DNA from: Microcystaceae cyanobacterium
GTDB taxonomy: Bacteria > Cyanobacteriota > Cyanobacteriia > Cyanobacteriales > Microcystaceae
Direction: 5' to 3'
Length of the DNA: 64,000 nucleotides
Assembly (NCBI GenBank): GCA_041746575.1
Contig: JBGTGT010000121.1
Span: forward strand, 1-64,000
In this document: piece after piece, positions 30,180 through 40,901 of the stretch
How the letters are laid out: every line of letters starts with the position of its first letter
Position numbering within the stretch: position 1 is the first letter of the stretch
Notes under the pieces: generated by a model
Told to the model about the DNA's origin: nothing
The model's input: the letters and a program-made list of their open reading frames with translations, nothing else
Database searches by the model: none
Position numbers and translations under genes: made by a program

Positions 30180-32876
30180 ATGCTCGATTTAATCTTATGT
30201 CATCAAACGGCCGATTTTGACGCACTGGGTGCGGCAGTGGGTCTTTCCCTTCTTAAAGTGGGCAGTAAAATCATTTTAACAGGGGGGGCGCATCCTAAAG
30301 TCAAAGACTTTCTTGCCTTATATCGAGATGAATTTCCCTTAATCGAGTGGCGAAGTGTCCACCCTCACACCATTCGTTCCCTGATGATTGTGGATAATCA
30401 ACAGAGCGATCGCTTGGGAAAAACAGCCGATTGGTTAAAATCCCCCCATTTAACTGCTATTGAAATCTATGATCATCATATCGGAGGCACATCAAACATT
30501 AATGCGACTCACGTTGAATTAGAAAATATTGGCGCAACCACCACTCTTATGGTGGAAAAATTACAAAGAGACCCCTTTACGCCTAACCCCATTCAAGCAA
30601 CAGTTATGGCTTTGGGAATTCACGTCGACACAGGATCATTAACCTTTGAACAAACTACCCCTCGCGATGCTTCCGCCCTAGCGTGGTTGATGGAAAAGGG
30701 GGCGAACGTTAAAATTATCGCAGAATACGCTGATCCGGGCTTTCCGCCGCAAATACAACAATTATTTACCGATGCCATGGAAAAATTACAAACCCGTGAC
30801 GTACAGGGTTATCAAGTGACATCCGTGCTGTTGGAAACGCCTAGTTTTATGCCGGGGTTATCAAACTTAGCAGAGCGGTTAATAGAATTAACGGAAAGTG
30901 ATGCTTTAGTCTTAGGGCATTATTATAATAAAGGAAATAGCGGTAGATTAGCGATTATTGGACGAACAAGAATTCAAGGAACAAATCTAAGTCTTTTATT
31001 TACTCCTTTTGGGGGAGGTGGCCACCCTCAAGCCGCCTCCTTGAATCGAGCAACTGCTGAACCCAATCAGTTTTTAAATGAGGTATTGGAAGGCTTAATT
31101 GAGCAAATTCCCCACCCACCCACTGCTAGAGCGTTAATGTCTTCTCCGGTTAGAACAATCCGCCCCGATACGACGATAGAACAAGCCCAACGAGTGCTGT
31201 TTCGCTACGGACATTCAGGATTATCGGTGGTAAACGAGGCAGACGAATTAGTCGGGGTGATTTCCCGCCGAGATATTGACTTAGCGTTACATCATGGTTT
31301 TAAACATGCGCCGGTCAAAGGATATATGACCAGAAACCCTAAAATCATTACGCCTCATACTATTTTGCCTGAAATTGAATCTATTATGGTGACCTACGAT
31401 GTCGGCAGATTACCGGTTATTGATGAAGAGAGATTGGTGGGGATTGTCACTCGTACGGATGTTTTACGCCAAATTCATCAAGATAGAGGAGAAATATGGG
31501 ATAAAAGCGGAAAAAGGGGGGCGGCGATTTCTTGTCTTTTGCCTTCAATTCGCAATGCGTTGGCTGAGCCGATTTGGGATTTATTAAGCAAACTGGCTAA
31601 GGAGGCAGGAAAAAAAGGATGGAATCTTTATTTAGTAGGGGGCGCAGTCCGAGACTTACTCTTAGCGCAAGAAAACGAGAAATTACTGCTTCAGGATATT
31701 GATCTGGTCGTAGATGGGTTTCACGAAGCGGCAGATGTGGGATCGGGGGTAGAATTAGCAAACCGTATCAAAGAACTATATCCTAATGTAAGATTATCGG
31801 TTCATGGTGAATTTCAAACTGCCGCTCTACTATGGCATAAAGATCCTAAATTGGGTTCATTATGGCTTGATATTGCCACCGCGAGAACAGAATTTTATCC
31901 TTATCCGGCGGCGAATCCGCAAGTGGAAGCGAGTTCAATTCGTCAAGATTTGTACCGTCGCGATTTTACCATTAATGCCTTAGCCGTGCGTTTAACAACC
32001 CCAAAAGCAGGGGAATTGTTAGATTTTTTTGGCGGAGTTTTGGATTTGCGATCGCAGTTAATTCGGGTTCTTCATGCCAATAGTTTTATTGAAGATCCCA
32101 CTCGAATTTATCGTGCTGTTCGTTTTGCCGTTCGTTTAAATTTTGCCCTAGAATCCCAAACAGAAACTTATATTCGCTATGCCATTGAAAGCGGGGTTTA
32201 TGATCAATTACGATTATTAAATCATCCCGCTCCTGCTCTAACAACCCGCCTAAAAACAGAATTGAATTTAGTTTTAGAAGCGGATTATTGGAAGTCCGCA
32301 TTACAATTATTAGCCCATCTAGAGGCACTAAAATGTCTTCATCCTGACTTAAGTTTAACCCCTGATTTATGGTGGCAAGTTCGCTGTGTTTCTCGTTGGC
32401 TAAGTTATCTAGACGGAGCGCATTATTTAGAGCATTGGCTAATTCGTTTAGAAACCTTAATTGCTGATTTAGCAGCGACAGAAAGGGTTAAAATTGCCAG
32501 TAATCTTCAACTACCTAAGGAAAGTATTGAACGATTGCAACGGTTAGATAAAACACAGGAAACGATTCAGCAAAAACTTGTAAACTGCCACCGTCCCAGC
32601 GAAATTGTACAGCTATTACGACCCTTTAAATTAGCAGATTTAATCTTAGTGGCTGTGAGAAGTTCCAAAGGAATTCGGAATCGAATTTGGTTTTATTTAA
32701 CGGAATTATCGCAAGTCAAAGCCCCGTTAGATGGCAATGATTTGAAAGCAATGGGATATCGTCCCAGTCCAAAGTTTAAAGAAATCCTTGATCGCTTATT
32801 ATGGGCTACTCTAGATGAAGAAATTACAACCTATCAAGAAGGAAAAGAATGGGTGAAACAATGGATAAATGATTAA
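30180..32876 (+). CDS. Multidomain tRNA nucleotidyltransferase (DHH + CBS pair + class II NTase), probably A-adding enzyme
   Basis: [18 protein letters not shown], two CBS domains, [37 protein letters not shown]. Confidence 0.88.
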   Translation: MLDLILCHQTADFDALGAAVGLSLLKVGSKIILTGGAHPKVKDFLALYRDEFPLIEWRSVHPHTIRSLMIVDNQQSDRLGKTADWLKSPHLTAIEIYDHHIGGTSNINATHVELENIGATTTLMVEKLQRDPFTPNPIQATVMALGIHVDTGSLTFEQTTPRDASALAWLMEKGANVKIIAEYADPGFPPQIQQLFTDAMEKLQTRDVQGYQVTSVLLETPSFMPGLSNLAERLIELTESDALVLGHYYNKGNSGRLAIIGRTRIQGTNLSLLFTPFGGGGHPQAASLNRATAEPNQFLNEVLEGLIEQIPHPPTARALMSSPVRTIRPDTTIEQAQRVLFRYGHSGLSVVNEADELVGVISRRDIDLALHHGFKHAPVKGYMTRNPKIITPHTILPEIESIMVTYDVGRLPVIDEERLVGIVTRTDVLRQIHQDRGEIWDKSGKRGAAISCLLPSIRNALAEPIWDLLSKLAKEAGKKGWNLYLVGGAVRDLLLAQENEKLLLQDIDLVVDGFHEAADVGSGVELANRIKELYPNVRLSVHGEFQTAALLWHKDPKLGSLWLDIATARTEFYPYPAANPQVEASSIRQDLYRRDFTINALAVRLTTPKAGELLDFFGGVLDLRSQLIRVLHANSFIEDPTRIYRAVRFAVRLNFALESQTETYIRYAIESGVYDQLRLLNHPAPALTTRLKTELNLVLEADYWKSALQLLAHLEALKCLHPDLSLTPDLWWQVRCVSRWLSYLDGAHYLEHWLIRLETLIADLAATERVKIASNLQLPKESIERLQRLDKTQETIQQKLVNCHRPSEIVQLLRPFKLADLILVAVRSSKGIRNRIWFYLTELSQVKAPLDGNDLKAMGYRPSPKFKEILDRLLWATLDEEITTYQEGKEWVKQWIND

Positions 32877-32902
32877 TAGGCATTAAAAAAAATCAAAGCA
32901 AT

Positions 32903-33586
32903 ATGGCAGATAATTCTCACTTCGCGGGTCGCATGAAATCTGAAGACTTACAATTAATTCCTTCACCTTATCAGACAAAAGGACGGATTGCGGGAGTTGA
33001 TGAAGTGGGAAGAGGGTGCTTATTTGGACCGGTTGTCGCCAGTGCGGTTATTTTCCCGCTTAGTTTATTGCCGAAATTAACTGAACTTCAAATTAGAGAT
33101 AGTAAACAATTATCGCCCCAAAAACGCCGAGAACTCAGTCAAGAAATTCAAAGACTGGCTCTGTCTGTTACGGTTGGTTATGCTTCTGTCAAAGAAATTG
33201 ATCGTCTGAACATTTTATACGCTTCTTTACTCGCCATGAAACGAGCGGTTAATAAATTGAATGTTCCTCCAGATTTCTGTTTAATTGATGGCAGATTCCC
33301 GATTCCAGACTTAGAAATCCCCCAACAGGCTGTCATTAAAGGTGATCAGCGATCGCTTTTGATTGCTTCTGCAAGTATTATCGCCAAAGTCTGGCGTGAT
33401 CAATTAATTATTCGCTTAGCCAAACGTTATCCCCAGTATGATTTGAGCAATAATAAGGGATATGGTACACCAAAACACCGACAAGCCCTCGAAAAATGGG
33501 GTATTTCCCCTCAACATCGCCTTTCTTTTGCGCCCTGTCAATCTCAGCAAAATTTACGAAACTCAATAAAGATCGTTAAAATGTAG
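32903..33586 (+). CDS. rnhB: Ribonuclease HII
   Basis: GVDEVGRG, RDSKQL, LIDG, KGD, ASIIAKV.RD, NKGYGT..H. Confidence 0.95.
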   Translation: MADNSHFAGRMKSEDLQLIPSPYQTKGRIAGVDEVGRGCLFGPVVASAVIFPLSLLPKLTELQIRDSKQLSPQKRRELSQEIQRLALSVTVGYASVKEIDRLNILYASLLAMKRAVNKLNVPPDFCLIDGRFPIPDLEIPQQAVIKGDQRSLLIASASIIAKVWRDQLIIRLAKRYPQYDLSNNKGYGTPKHRQALEKWGISPQHRLSFAPCQSQQNLRNSIKIVKM

Positions 33587-33609
33587 AGAATGTTTAAATT
33601 TTCGGTCAT

Positions 33610-34077
33610 ATGTCTCACTGGTTAGAACATAGTGTACAAGTTGAAGTCGATGCGCCCATTGATTTAGTATGGAATTTATGGTCAGATTTAGAACAAATGC
33701 CAAATTGGATGAAATGGATCGAATCAGTCCGAATTTTAGAAGAAGATCCTGAATTATCTCGATGGAAGTTGGCCAGTGGTGGTTTTGAGTTTACTTGGCT
33801 ATCAAGAATCGAAAAAATTGTTCCCTATCAAATGATTCAATGGCAATCGGTAGATGGTCTGCCGAACCGAGGAGCGATTCGCTTTTATGATCGTCATGGC
33901 AGTAGTATTGTGCGATTAACTGCCGCTTATGCCATTCCGGGATGGTTAGGTAAGCTGATGGATAATTTATTCTTAGGAAAAATTGTCGAATCAACCCTAA
34001 TGGCTGATTTAGAAAGATTTCGACAATACGCTTCAAACGCAAAACAACAGCAAAACGCCTCTTCTCACCCATCTTGA
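33610..34077 (+). CDS. SRPBCC/polyketide cyclase family protein
   Basis: WLEHSVQVEVDAP..VW.LWSDLEQMP.WM, GLPNRGAIRF. Confidence 0.85.
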   Translation: MSHWLEHSVQVEVDAPIDLVWNLWSDLEQMPNWMKWIESVRILEEDPELSRWKLASGGFEFTWLSRIEKIVPYQMIQWQSVDGLPNRGAIRFYDRHGSSIVRLTAAYAIPGWLGKLMDNLFLGKIVESTLMADLERFRQYASNAKQQQNASSHPS

Positions 34078-34318
34078 AACTTTAAGGAATCAAGCGGGAA
34101 TCTTGAGTTAAGATGAAAGCATAGCTTCTGAAGTTAAGATAAACGGCTGTCAAACTTGAACGCTTATTTTGTCTTGCGACATGACGGAAATCTTTCCTGA
34201 AAATCCACTAACTAGGGTGAAGTTATCTACCTAAAAATATCAGGGTTAATTAAGTTAACGATGCTCGTAATTGATAGGAGTTTAATCCACTGCTGACGAT
34301 AATTAAAGGCGATTTTCC

Positions 34319-34768
34319 ATGACGTATAATCATCCCTCACACTCATTTCCTGCGCCCTGTATCATTGATGATGGTATTTTAATCAATAAAGAAGATATGC
34401 GCCGTCTTTTAAACGATTTAGGGCGTGTACGCTATATTCATACCTTAGATGGACGACTGCAAAGTGAAGGAGACGGTTGGTTGGTGGAAGTGTTCACCGA
34501 CCCTCTTCAAGCTACCCTAATTGCCAATCATCTTGTTTATATTAATGTTCAGAGTTTTGATTATCTTAAATTAACGTCGGTGGCTGGAGAAACTTACTTT
34601 GATCTCATTCAGGATATCCGTCAACTTCGTTTAATTCCTGTTTCAAGCATACCGCAGGAAATTGACAGTGCTGAAGATTTGGATGCAGAGACAATAGAAG
34701 CCATGGTTACGCAAGTGTTAGCGGCAAAGTGGGATGTACAGTTGGACGATGATGACTGTCCTTTCTAA
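34319..34768 (+). CDS. Hypothetical protein (cyanobacterial type)
   Basis: 149-aa ATG ORF, acidic C-terminus WDVQLDDDDCPF. Confidence 0.7.
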   Translation: MTYNHPSHSFPAPCIIDDGILINKEDMRRLLNDLGRVRYIHTLDGRLQSEGDGWLVEVFTDPLQATLIANHLVYINVQSFDYLKLTSVAGETYFDLIQDIRQLRLIPVSSIPQEIDSAEDLDAETIEAMVTQVLAAKWDVQLDDDDCPF

Positions 34769-34794
34769 AAGATTGCGAAAGATTAGCCTTAGTC

Positions 34795-34974
34795 ATGATG
34801 AATTCGGATTTTGACTTGCAGAATATTCAACAACCCATCTTAACGGCCTCTTCTGAGGTTCGCGAGATTATTGAACGGGTTTTAAAAATTGAAAAAGAAA
34901 AGCTTTATCTCAAAATTCCCAAAAATATTCAGGAAGACATTATAACCATTATTAAAGAGGTCGTTCAATCTTGA
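34795..34974 (+). CDS. Small helical hypothetical protein (59 aa), absent from the ORF track
   Basis: MMNSDFDLQNIQQPILTASSEVREIIERVLKIEKEKLYLKIPKNIQEDIITIIKEVVQS*; begins 26 nt after the previous stop. Confidence 0.65.
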   Translation: MMNSDFDLQNIQQPILTASSEVREIIERVLKIEKEKLYLKIPKNIQEDIITIIKEVVQS

Positions 34975-35104
34975 AATTCAGACACGACCTAGAAAATGAG
35001 CATAAGGTTACGCAAGCTTTATTCTACTCTATCATTATTGATTGAGCGAGAAGGGACAAACCATTCTACAATAAAAGCTAACTCATTTTAGCTTTTTCGA
35101 TGGT

Positions 35105-36238
35105 ATGAAAATTGCCCTTTTTACAGAAACCTTTTTACCCAAAATCGACGGAATTGTAACTCGTCTCAAACATACCGTGGAACATTTGCAACGACAAGGG
35201 GAGCAGGTGCTAATTTTTTCACCTGATGGTGGCTTAAAGGAGTATAAAGGGGCAAAAATTCAGGGTGTTTCTGGCATTCCGCTTCCCCTTTATCCTGAAC
35301 TCAAACTGGCGATTCCGCGTCCCACGATTCGTAAAGTAATTGAGCAATTTAAACCCGATTTAATTCATGTGGTCAATCCGGCCGTTTTAGGGGTGGGGGG
35401 CATCTATTATGCAAAAACAATGGGAATTCCCTTAGTTGCTTCTTATCACACCCATTTGCCTCAATATTTGCACCATTACGGCTTAGGATCTTTAGAAGGC
35501 GTTTTATGGGAATTACTAAAATTAGGTCATAATCAAGCCGAACTAAACCTTTGTACGTCAAATGCAATGGTAGAGGAATTGGTAAGTCATGGCATAGAAA
35601 GGGTCGATTTATGGCAAAGGGGTGTAGATACCGAGATGTTTCAGCCTCATTTAGCGTCTCATTCCATGCGTTATCGGTTATCCCAAGGCAACCCTGATGC
35701 TCCCCTTTTATTGTATGTCGGCCGCGTCTCTGCTGAAAAGCAAATTGATGAGATTAAACCGGTGCTAGACTCCATCCCTAATGCCCGTTTAGCGATTGTG
35801 GGAGATGGGCCTCATCGTGAGGCATTAGAGGCGCATTTTGCGGGAACAGCGACCTATTTTGTCGGATATTTGCAAGGATTGGAATTAGCTTCTGCGTTTG
35901 CCTCTGCTGACGCCTTTATTTTCCCTTCTCGAACGGAAACCCTTGGTTTAGTCTTATTGGAAGCTATGGCCGCCGGTTGTCCGGTGGTTGCGGCGGCATC
36001 GGGTGGTATCCTTGATATTGTCAGCGATGAGATTAATGGTTATTTATTTGACCCCAAAGACGCCAAAGGGGCAATCACTGCTACTCAAAGACTGTTAGCG
36101 GCCACCGAAGAACGGGAAAATTTACGGCAAAATGCTCGTCTTGAAGCAGAAAAATGGGGTTGGAGTGCGGCAACTCAACAATTGCGCCGCTATTATCAGA
36201 ATGTTTTAGGAACATCCGCTCTATCTCTAGTCGCTTAA
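35105..36238 (+). CDS. sqdX: Sulfoquinovosyl-diacylglycerol synthase (GT4)
   Basis: MKIALFTETFLPKIDGIVTRL, ASYHTHLPQYL, WQRGVD, YVGRVSAEK, PSRTETLGLVLLEAMA. Confidence 0.9.
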   Translation: MKIALFTETFLPKIDGIVTRLKHTVEHLQRQGEQVLIFSPDGGLKEYKGAKIQGVSGIPLPLYPELKLAIPRPTIRKVIEQFKPDLIHVVNPAVLGVGGIYYAKTMGIPLVASYHTHLPQYLHHYGLGSLEGVLWELLKLGHNQAELNLCTSNAMVEELVSHGIERVDLWQRGVDTEMFQPHLASHSMRYRLSQGNPDAPLLLYVGRVSAEKQIDEIKPVLDSIPNARLAIVGDGPHREALEAHFAGTATYFVGYLQGLELASAFASADAFIFPSRTETLGLVLLEAMAAGCPVVAAASGGILDIVSDEINGYLFDPKDAKGAITATQRLLAATEERENLRQNARLEAEKWGWSAATQQLRRYYQNVLGTSALSLVA

Positions 36239-36247
36239 ACGGTCGGA

Positions 36248-36994
36248 TTAAACATCCCATTCGTCTTGTTCTTTGGGTTGTATTAATTGTTGTTGAATCC
36301 CTTGCCAATTGACATCTATCGTCGCCATTTTTTGCTGAATTTTTCCGTTATCTAAGATTAAAATATTTTGAGCAAATTGACGCACCCAAGACCATTGATG
36401 ATTGACCATTATCACCGTTAATTGCTGTTGTTCAGAAAGGGTAATCAATTGTTCCATCAAACGATGGCTTAATCCGATATCCAAGGCAGAAGTGGGTTCA
36501 TCTAAGAGTAAAATAGAGGGTTGCATCATTAACCCTCGAACAATGGTCACCCATTGACGTTGACCGACGGATAACTGTAATTCGTTACGTTCTAGCCAAT
36601 CGTCGGGAATGGCAAATAAATCACAGTAATCTAAGAAACGGGTTTTAATTTCTGCTTCAGAAAGGCGTTTTAATTTTAAAGGATAAATTAGTGCATCTTT
36701 TACAGTCATGCCTAATAGCTTTGGTTCTTGAGAGACTAAAACAATTTGCTGTCTTAATTCGGTCACAGGATAATTATGAAAGGGTTTATTGTTAAACTGA
36801 AGGAGTCCTGATGTCGGTTCAACAAGGCGATTTAGGAGTTTTAATAACGTGGTTTTTCCGGCACCCGAAGCTCCAATAATGCCCCAGCGATCGCCTTTTT
36901 TGATAGCAAAATTAATCTCTTTTAATAGGACTTGAATTCCTAAATCATCCCATAAATTAACGTGTTCAACCTGTAAAATGGTTTCGTTATTCAT
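36248..36994 (-). CDS. ABC transporter ATP-binding protein
   Basis: GASGAGKT, LSVGQRQ, LLLDEPTSALD, MVNH; ATG 36994. Confidence 0.88.
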   Translation of the reverse strand: MNNETILQVEHVNLWDDLGIQVLLKEINFAIKKGDRWGIIGASGAGKTTLLKLLNRLVEPTSGLLQFNNKPFHNYPVTELRQQIVLVSQEPKLLGMTVKDALIYPLKLKRLSEAEIKTRFLDYCDLFAIPDDWLERNELQLSVGQRQWVTIVRGLMMQPSILLLDEPTSALDIGLSHRLMEQLITLSEQQQLTVIMVNHQWSWVRQFAQNILILDNGKIQQKMATIDVNWQGIQQQLIQPKEQDEWDV

Positions 36995-37166
36995 CACATT
37001 CAACCGATGCACAAAATTTAGAAATTCTGGGGTAAAAGGAAAACGGAGAACAGAATTGAGGAACAATTTCTTATATTCAGTATAGTTGAATGTAGGGCAA
37101 ATTCCAGATCCTATTCTTGATTGTTTCCCTTTAACGATAAATCTCCCTTAGCTAACAGTTGAATCA

Positions 37167-38623
37167 GGAAGCGTAACAAATTGACGTGATAAAAGAAAAT
37201 TGGTAGAATATCTGTCAAGGGTTGAAGATGACAAGGACAGATTTTATTATGGACTACGAATTGAGAGTGATTATAGAGAAAGTATCTGTTGGAAGTCAAG
37301 AAGTGATTAAGAGAGATACTCTAAAAATTTACGATCTCAAAAAACCTGAATCAATTTTAGAATTAGGATTACGCCATAGAGAACAAATATCTCTCTTAGA
37401 AAAAGTGCAAAATGTAATCTTAGCCGAACAAGCATCTTTATTAGACGCCGGATATAAAGTCTGTCCTACATGTGGTGGAAAACTCAAGAAAAATGGCAGC
37501 CGAATTTCTAATTTCCATGCGGTGTTTAGCGATCATCAATTAAAAATCCAACAACATTGCTGCGCTCATCCTGATTGTGATTGGAGAAGCTCTCCAACCA
37601 TCAATTCTTTATTAGGAACGAATCGGCATCCAGATTTGGCCAAACTGCAATGTGAACAGGGAGCCTTATACAGTTTTAGAGAAGGACAAAAAAATCTAGA
37701 GAGATTAAATTGTGAAGTGCGTTCTATTAATAATCATACACAAATTCAACGCCTCACAACTCAAGTGGGAGAAATTATCTCAGAGCAAAATTATCAGCCG
37801 CCAAAGCCAGAAGAGTGTGCAAGTATAGCTGAAGAATTAGTGGTTCAAGTGGATGGAGGACACATCCCTACTCAAGATAAAGAGAAACGGAGCTTTGAAG
37901 CTTTATCAGCAATTATTTATCAGCCCAAAAATCTGGAGAAAATTGATAAGAATCATCGTAAAATTACCCAGAAAGCCTGTGTAGCTTCAGCCCAAAATGA
38001 TGAATTAAAAACGATGAAAGCTTACGTGATTAATGCCGCCATTAAGCAAGGATTAGGAGAAACAACAAAAGCTTGTGGACTAGCCGATGGAGCTAAGAAT
38101 TGCTGGTCAGTTCTTTTAGCTATTGAACCTTATTGTCAGAGTTTAGAGTGTATTTTAGATTGGTTTCATATTGGTAAAAAGTTCCAGAACGTCAAACAAG
38201 CTTTAGAAGAAAGTCTGGCAGAATCTTTAGAGAGTGCCAAATGGGAACTGTGGCATGGAAAAACTGATGATGCCTTAGCTAAGTTAGTAATTATTAGAGA
38301 TGAGATAACCGATGGCAAAAAAAAGAGTAAACTACAGGGACTCTACGATTATATAGCTCGAAATCGAGATTATCTAGTCAACTATGAAGACCGAAAGCAA
38401 GCTAACCAAACTTATACTAGTCAAGTAGCCGAATCTCATATTGAGTCATTGATTAATGCCCGACATAAAAGGTCTGGAAAAATGCAATGGACTCGTGAAG
38501 GAGCGCATCAAGTCTTACAAATTAGGACTAAAATGACGAGCAATGAATGGGAAAGAATCGCTATCAATACTGTTTTCTCTGCTTTAGTCGCTTGACTCTA
38601 TCACGTCAATTTGTTACGCTTCC
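37167..38623 (+). mobile_element. Complete insertion sequence, ISKra4 family (Mutator-like DDE), 1457 bp
   Basis: Perfect 25-bp terminal inverted repeats GGAAGCGTAACAAATTGACGTGATA (37167-37191) and TATCACGTCAATTTGTTACGCTTCC (38599-38623) flanking one transposase ORF. Confidence 0.9.
37249..38595 (+). CDS. ISKra4-family DDE transposase
   Basis: Zn finger CPTCG..C, VQVDGGH, LADGA, ILDWFH, AKWELWHG, SQVAES.I..LI..R.KR..KMQWTREGA; uninterrupted ORF. Confidence 0.88.
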   Translation: MDYELRVIIEKVSVGSQEVIKRDTLKIYDLKKPESILELGLRHREQISLLEKVQNVILAEQASLLDAGYKVCPTCGGKLKKNGSRISNFHAVFSDHQLKIQQHCCAHPDCDWRSSPTINSLLGTNRHPDLAKLQCEQGALYSFREGQKNLERLNCEVRSINNHTQIQRLTTQVGEIISEQNYQPPKPEECASIAEELVVQVDGGHIPTQDKEKRSFEALSAIIYQPKNLEKIDKNHRKITQKACVASAQNDELKTMKAYVINAAIKQGLGETTKACGLADGAKNCWSVLLAIEPYCQSLECILDWFHIGKKFQNVKQALEESLAESLESAKWELWHGKTDDALAKLVIIRDEITDGKKKSKLQGLYDYIARNRDYLVNYEDRKQANQTYTSQVAESHIESLINARHKRSGKMQWTREGAHQVLQIRTKMTSNEWERIAINTVFSALVA

Positions 38624-38893
38624 AGCTGACAATCCAAAGAACAAGCAACACTGCTTTATGCCATTCTTTCGCTCTTTCAGGTGAATCAGAATTAGGAGGT
38701 TGCGATGAGTCTGACATTATGTTACATATTTGTCATTCAATATTGAAAGTATATTACCGCATATTTATGGAGTGTAAACTTGACGCTCCATTCAGAATCA
38801 CTTTAATTGCAGTAAATTACTCACAAAATTCCCTAAAAACGTCATCTTATAAAGATTTTAAGGGAGACTCAAACAACCGAATTTGACTCACCC

Positions 38894-40174
38894 TTAGGAT
38901 TCATTGAGAGAATCTAAACGCAGAAAGGTTTGTAAAAGAACGTTTGTCCCTTGAGTACATTCTTCAGGGGTGGTATATTCGTCAACAGAGTGGCTGATTC
39001 CCCCTTGACTTGGTACAAAAATCATGCCCATATCAGTAAAACGACCCATTTCTTGGGCATCATGACCTGCTCGGCTGGGTAGATAAGTGTAGCTTAATCC
39101 CATTTCAATACAAACGTCTGCAATGATATCCATAATGGCGGGTTCTGCTAATGTGGGAAGAACGTGCAGTAAGGTTGTCAGGGTAATCTCGGTTTGAGTT
39201 TGTATAGCAATTAGGTGGAATTCATGCTTCATCTCTCGAATGAGAAAATCTAGATGATCTTGAGATAAGTCTCGTAAATCGATGGATAAATTGACTTTTT
39301 CTGCTACTGTATTGACGGCATTGGGTAAAACTGTCATATATCCCACTGTTGCGACTTGTTCCCCTTCTGCTTCCGTCGCCAGACGATTGACTGCCAATAC
39401 AACTTGAGACGCCGCCACCAATGCATCCTTACGCATAGACATCGGTGTTGTTCCAGCGTGATTCGCCCGACCTTTTACGGTGACAGAGAGGCGATATTGT
39501 CCGACAATCCCTTTTACGACCCCAATCGGTTTATTTTCACTTTCGAGTATCCCCCCTTGTTCAACATGGAGTTCTACAAAGGCGGCAATTTCTCCCGTTT
39601 TACGGCGAGATTCTTGAATTTTCAACCAATCGCCTCCTATTTTTGCTAAACACGTCTCGATTGAGGTGCCATCCTTCCGACGATAAGCTTCCGGATCATT
39701 GACGACGTTTCCAGCCATCGCTTTACAACCGATAACACTGCATTCTTCATCGGTAAAGACAATCACTTCAATTGAATGATTTAATTGAATATTTTGCTCA
39801 AAAAAGGTACGAACGACTTCAATTCCCCCTAAAACCCCTAGTACACCGTCAAAATGACCGGCAATCGGCACAGTATCAATATGAGATCCCGTTGCTAATG
39901 CGCCTAAGTCGGGCTTTTTCCCCGCATAAGTGCCAATAATATTACCTGCCGTATCAGTGCGCACTGTCATCCCTGCGTCTTTCATCCATGATTGTACAAG
40001 CTGACGTGCGAGTAAGTCTTCTGGGGTAAAGGCCACCCGATTGACTCCCCCTTGGGATAGTTTGCCAATTTCCGCTAGTTGCGCAATCCGACGATTGAGG
40101 CGATCGCCATTAATTCTTAGAGAAGAGAGGGAGGAATGGAAAGACTTTTGAAGTAGCATAGGTTTAAATTCCAT
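38894..40174 (-). CDS. M20-family amidohydrolase (allantoate amidohydrolase / N-carbamoyl-amino-acid hydrolase)
   Basis: GSHIDTV, DGVLGV, DEE, ELHVEQG, ANHAGTTPM, SRAGHDA, GISH..E; downstream of puuE-uraD. Confidence 0.85.
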   Translation of the reverse strand: MEFKPMLLQKSFHSSLSSLRINGDRLNRRIAQLAEIGKLSQGGVNRVAFTPEDLLARQLVQSWMKDAGMTVRTDTAGNIIGTYAGKKPDLGALATGSHIDTVPIAGHFDGVLGVLGGIEVVRTFFEQNIQLNHSIEVIVFTDEECSVIGCKAMAGNVVNDPEAYRRKDGTSIETCLAKIGGDWLKIQESRRKTGEIAAFVELHVEQGGILESENKPIGVVKGIVGQYRLSVTVKGRANHAGTTPMSMRKDALVAASQVVLAVNRLATEAEGEQVATVGYMTVLPNAVNTVAEKVNLSIDLRDLSQDHLDFLIREMKHEFHLIAIQTQTEITLTTLLHVLPTLAEPAIMDIIADVCIEMGLSYTYLPSRAGHDAQEMGRFTDMGMIFVPSQGGISHSVDEYTTPEECTQGTNVLLQTFLRLDSLNES

Positions 40175-40286
40175 ATTTATGGGTTATCTAGGGTCAAAAA
40201 CAAATCATAGACAAATTTCCTAGAATTAGCGGCAAAGAGCTTAATTTTAAATTAATTCTAGTGTTAAGGAGATCGCGTTTGTTTAC

Positions 40287-40302
40287 TGTAAGCAAAGTCA
40301 CA
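40287..40302. promoter_or_regulatory. Possible NtcA site upstream of the amidohydrolase
   Basis: tGTA-agcaaagt-CACa, one mismatch to GTA-N8-TAC; the nearest TAN3T box is not at canonical spacing. Confidence 0.3.
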
Positions 40303-40379
40303 AAACAGAGCAAAAGGGCTAATTATAAAGATAAGAATAATTCTGACTTAAATTTGATACTAGGTTTTGCATTTTGAGT

Positions 40380-40883
40380 TTAATTTTCTACCTGAATAAG
40401 GCTTTCTAAACGAAATTGAGCAATTTTTTTGATTTCCGTTAACGCTTGGGCTTTTTCTTCTGTCAGTGTATTTTGCAATCGTTGGCTAAAAGATTCTAAG
40501 ATCGTTTCTTGCGTATGATTTTTCACGGCGACAATAAAGGGGAAACCAAATTTTTCTTTATAAACTTGGTTTAGTTGCTGAAAATGTTCATATTCTTCTA
40601 AATTTAAAAGATTTAATCCTAAATTTCCTTGTTCTTCTACAGAAGCTTCTGCCATCTTTGCTTTACTGCCTAGATCAGGATGCGCACAGATGAGTTTTCG
40701 TTGATCCTGATCACTGAGATGATCTACTTCGGTTACCATTGCTTGATATAAAGTTTCTAGGGTACTAAAAGGTCTTTTTTGCCAAGTCTGCGCCGCTATT
40801 TCGGGAGTGTGTTCAAATATCTCACCCAAAGTATCGGTAAACGCTTCTTGGTTCATTTGATTGAGTTCACTTAAGGTTATCAT
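40380..40883 (-). CDS. uraD: OHCU decarboxylase
   Basis: GEIFEHTP, AHPDLG, SVEEQ, YKEKFGFPFIVAVK, EIKKIA.FRL. Confidence 0.92.
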   Translation of the reverse strand: MITLSELNQMNQEAFTDTLGEIFEHTPEIAAQTWQKRPFSTLETLYQAMVTEVDHLSDQDQRKLICAHPDLGSKAKMAEASVEEQGNLGLNLLNLEEYEHFQQLNQVYKEKFGFPFIVAVKNHTQETILESFSQRLQNTLTEEKAQALTEIKKIAQFRLESLIQVEN

Positions 40884-40901
40884 TGAGGAATTAAATAGAA
40901 G

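Larger units (their letters stand above)
37111..38717 (-). pseudogene. 49-aa single-TM micro-protein gene interrupted by the IS (halves 38717-38624 and 37166-37111)
   Basis: Removing 37167-38623 gives MSDSSQPPNSDSPERAKEWHKAVLLVLWIVSLIQLLAKGDLSLKGNNQE*. Confidence 0.5.

Noticed and set aside
37165..38625. 3-bp CAG target duplication around the IS
   Set aside because: Possible if the IRs are 24 bp, but the 25-bp/no-duplication reading restores an intact ORF, so it is disfavoured rather than excluded
38611..38886. 91-aa plus-strand ORF after the transposase
   Set aside because: Starts at a TTG inside the right IR, has no motif, and overlaps the rebuilt micro-gene on the other strand
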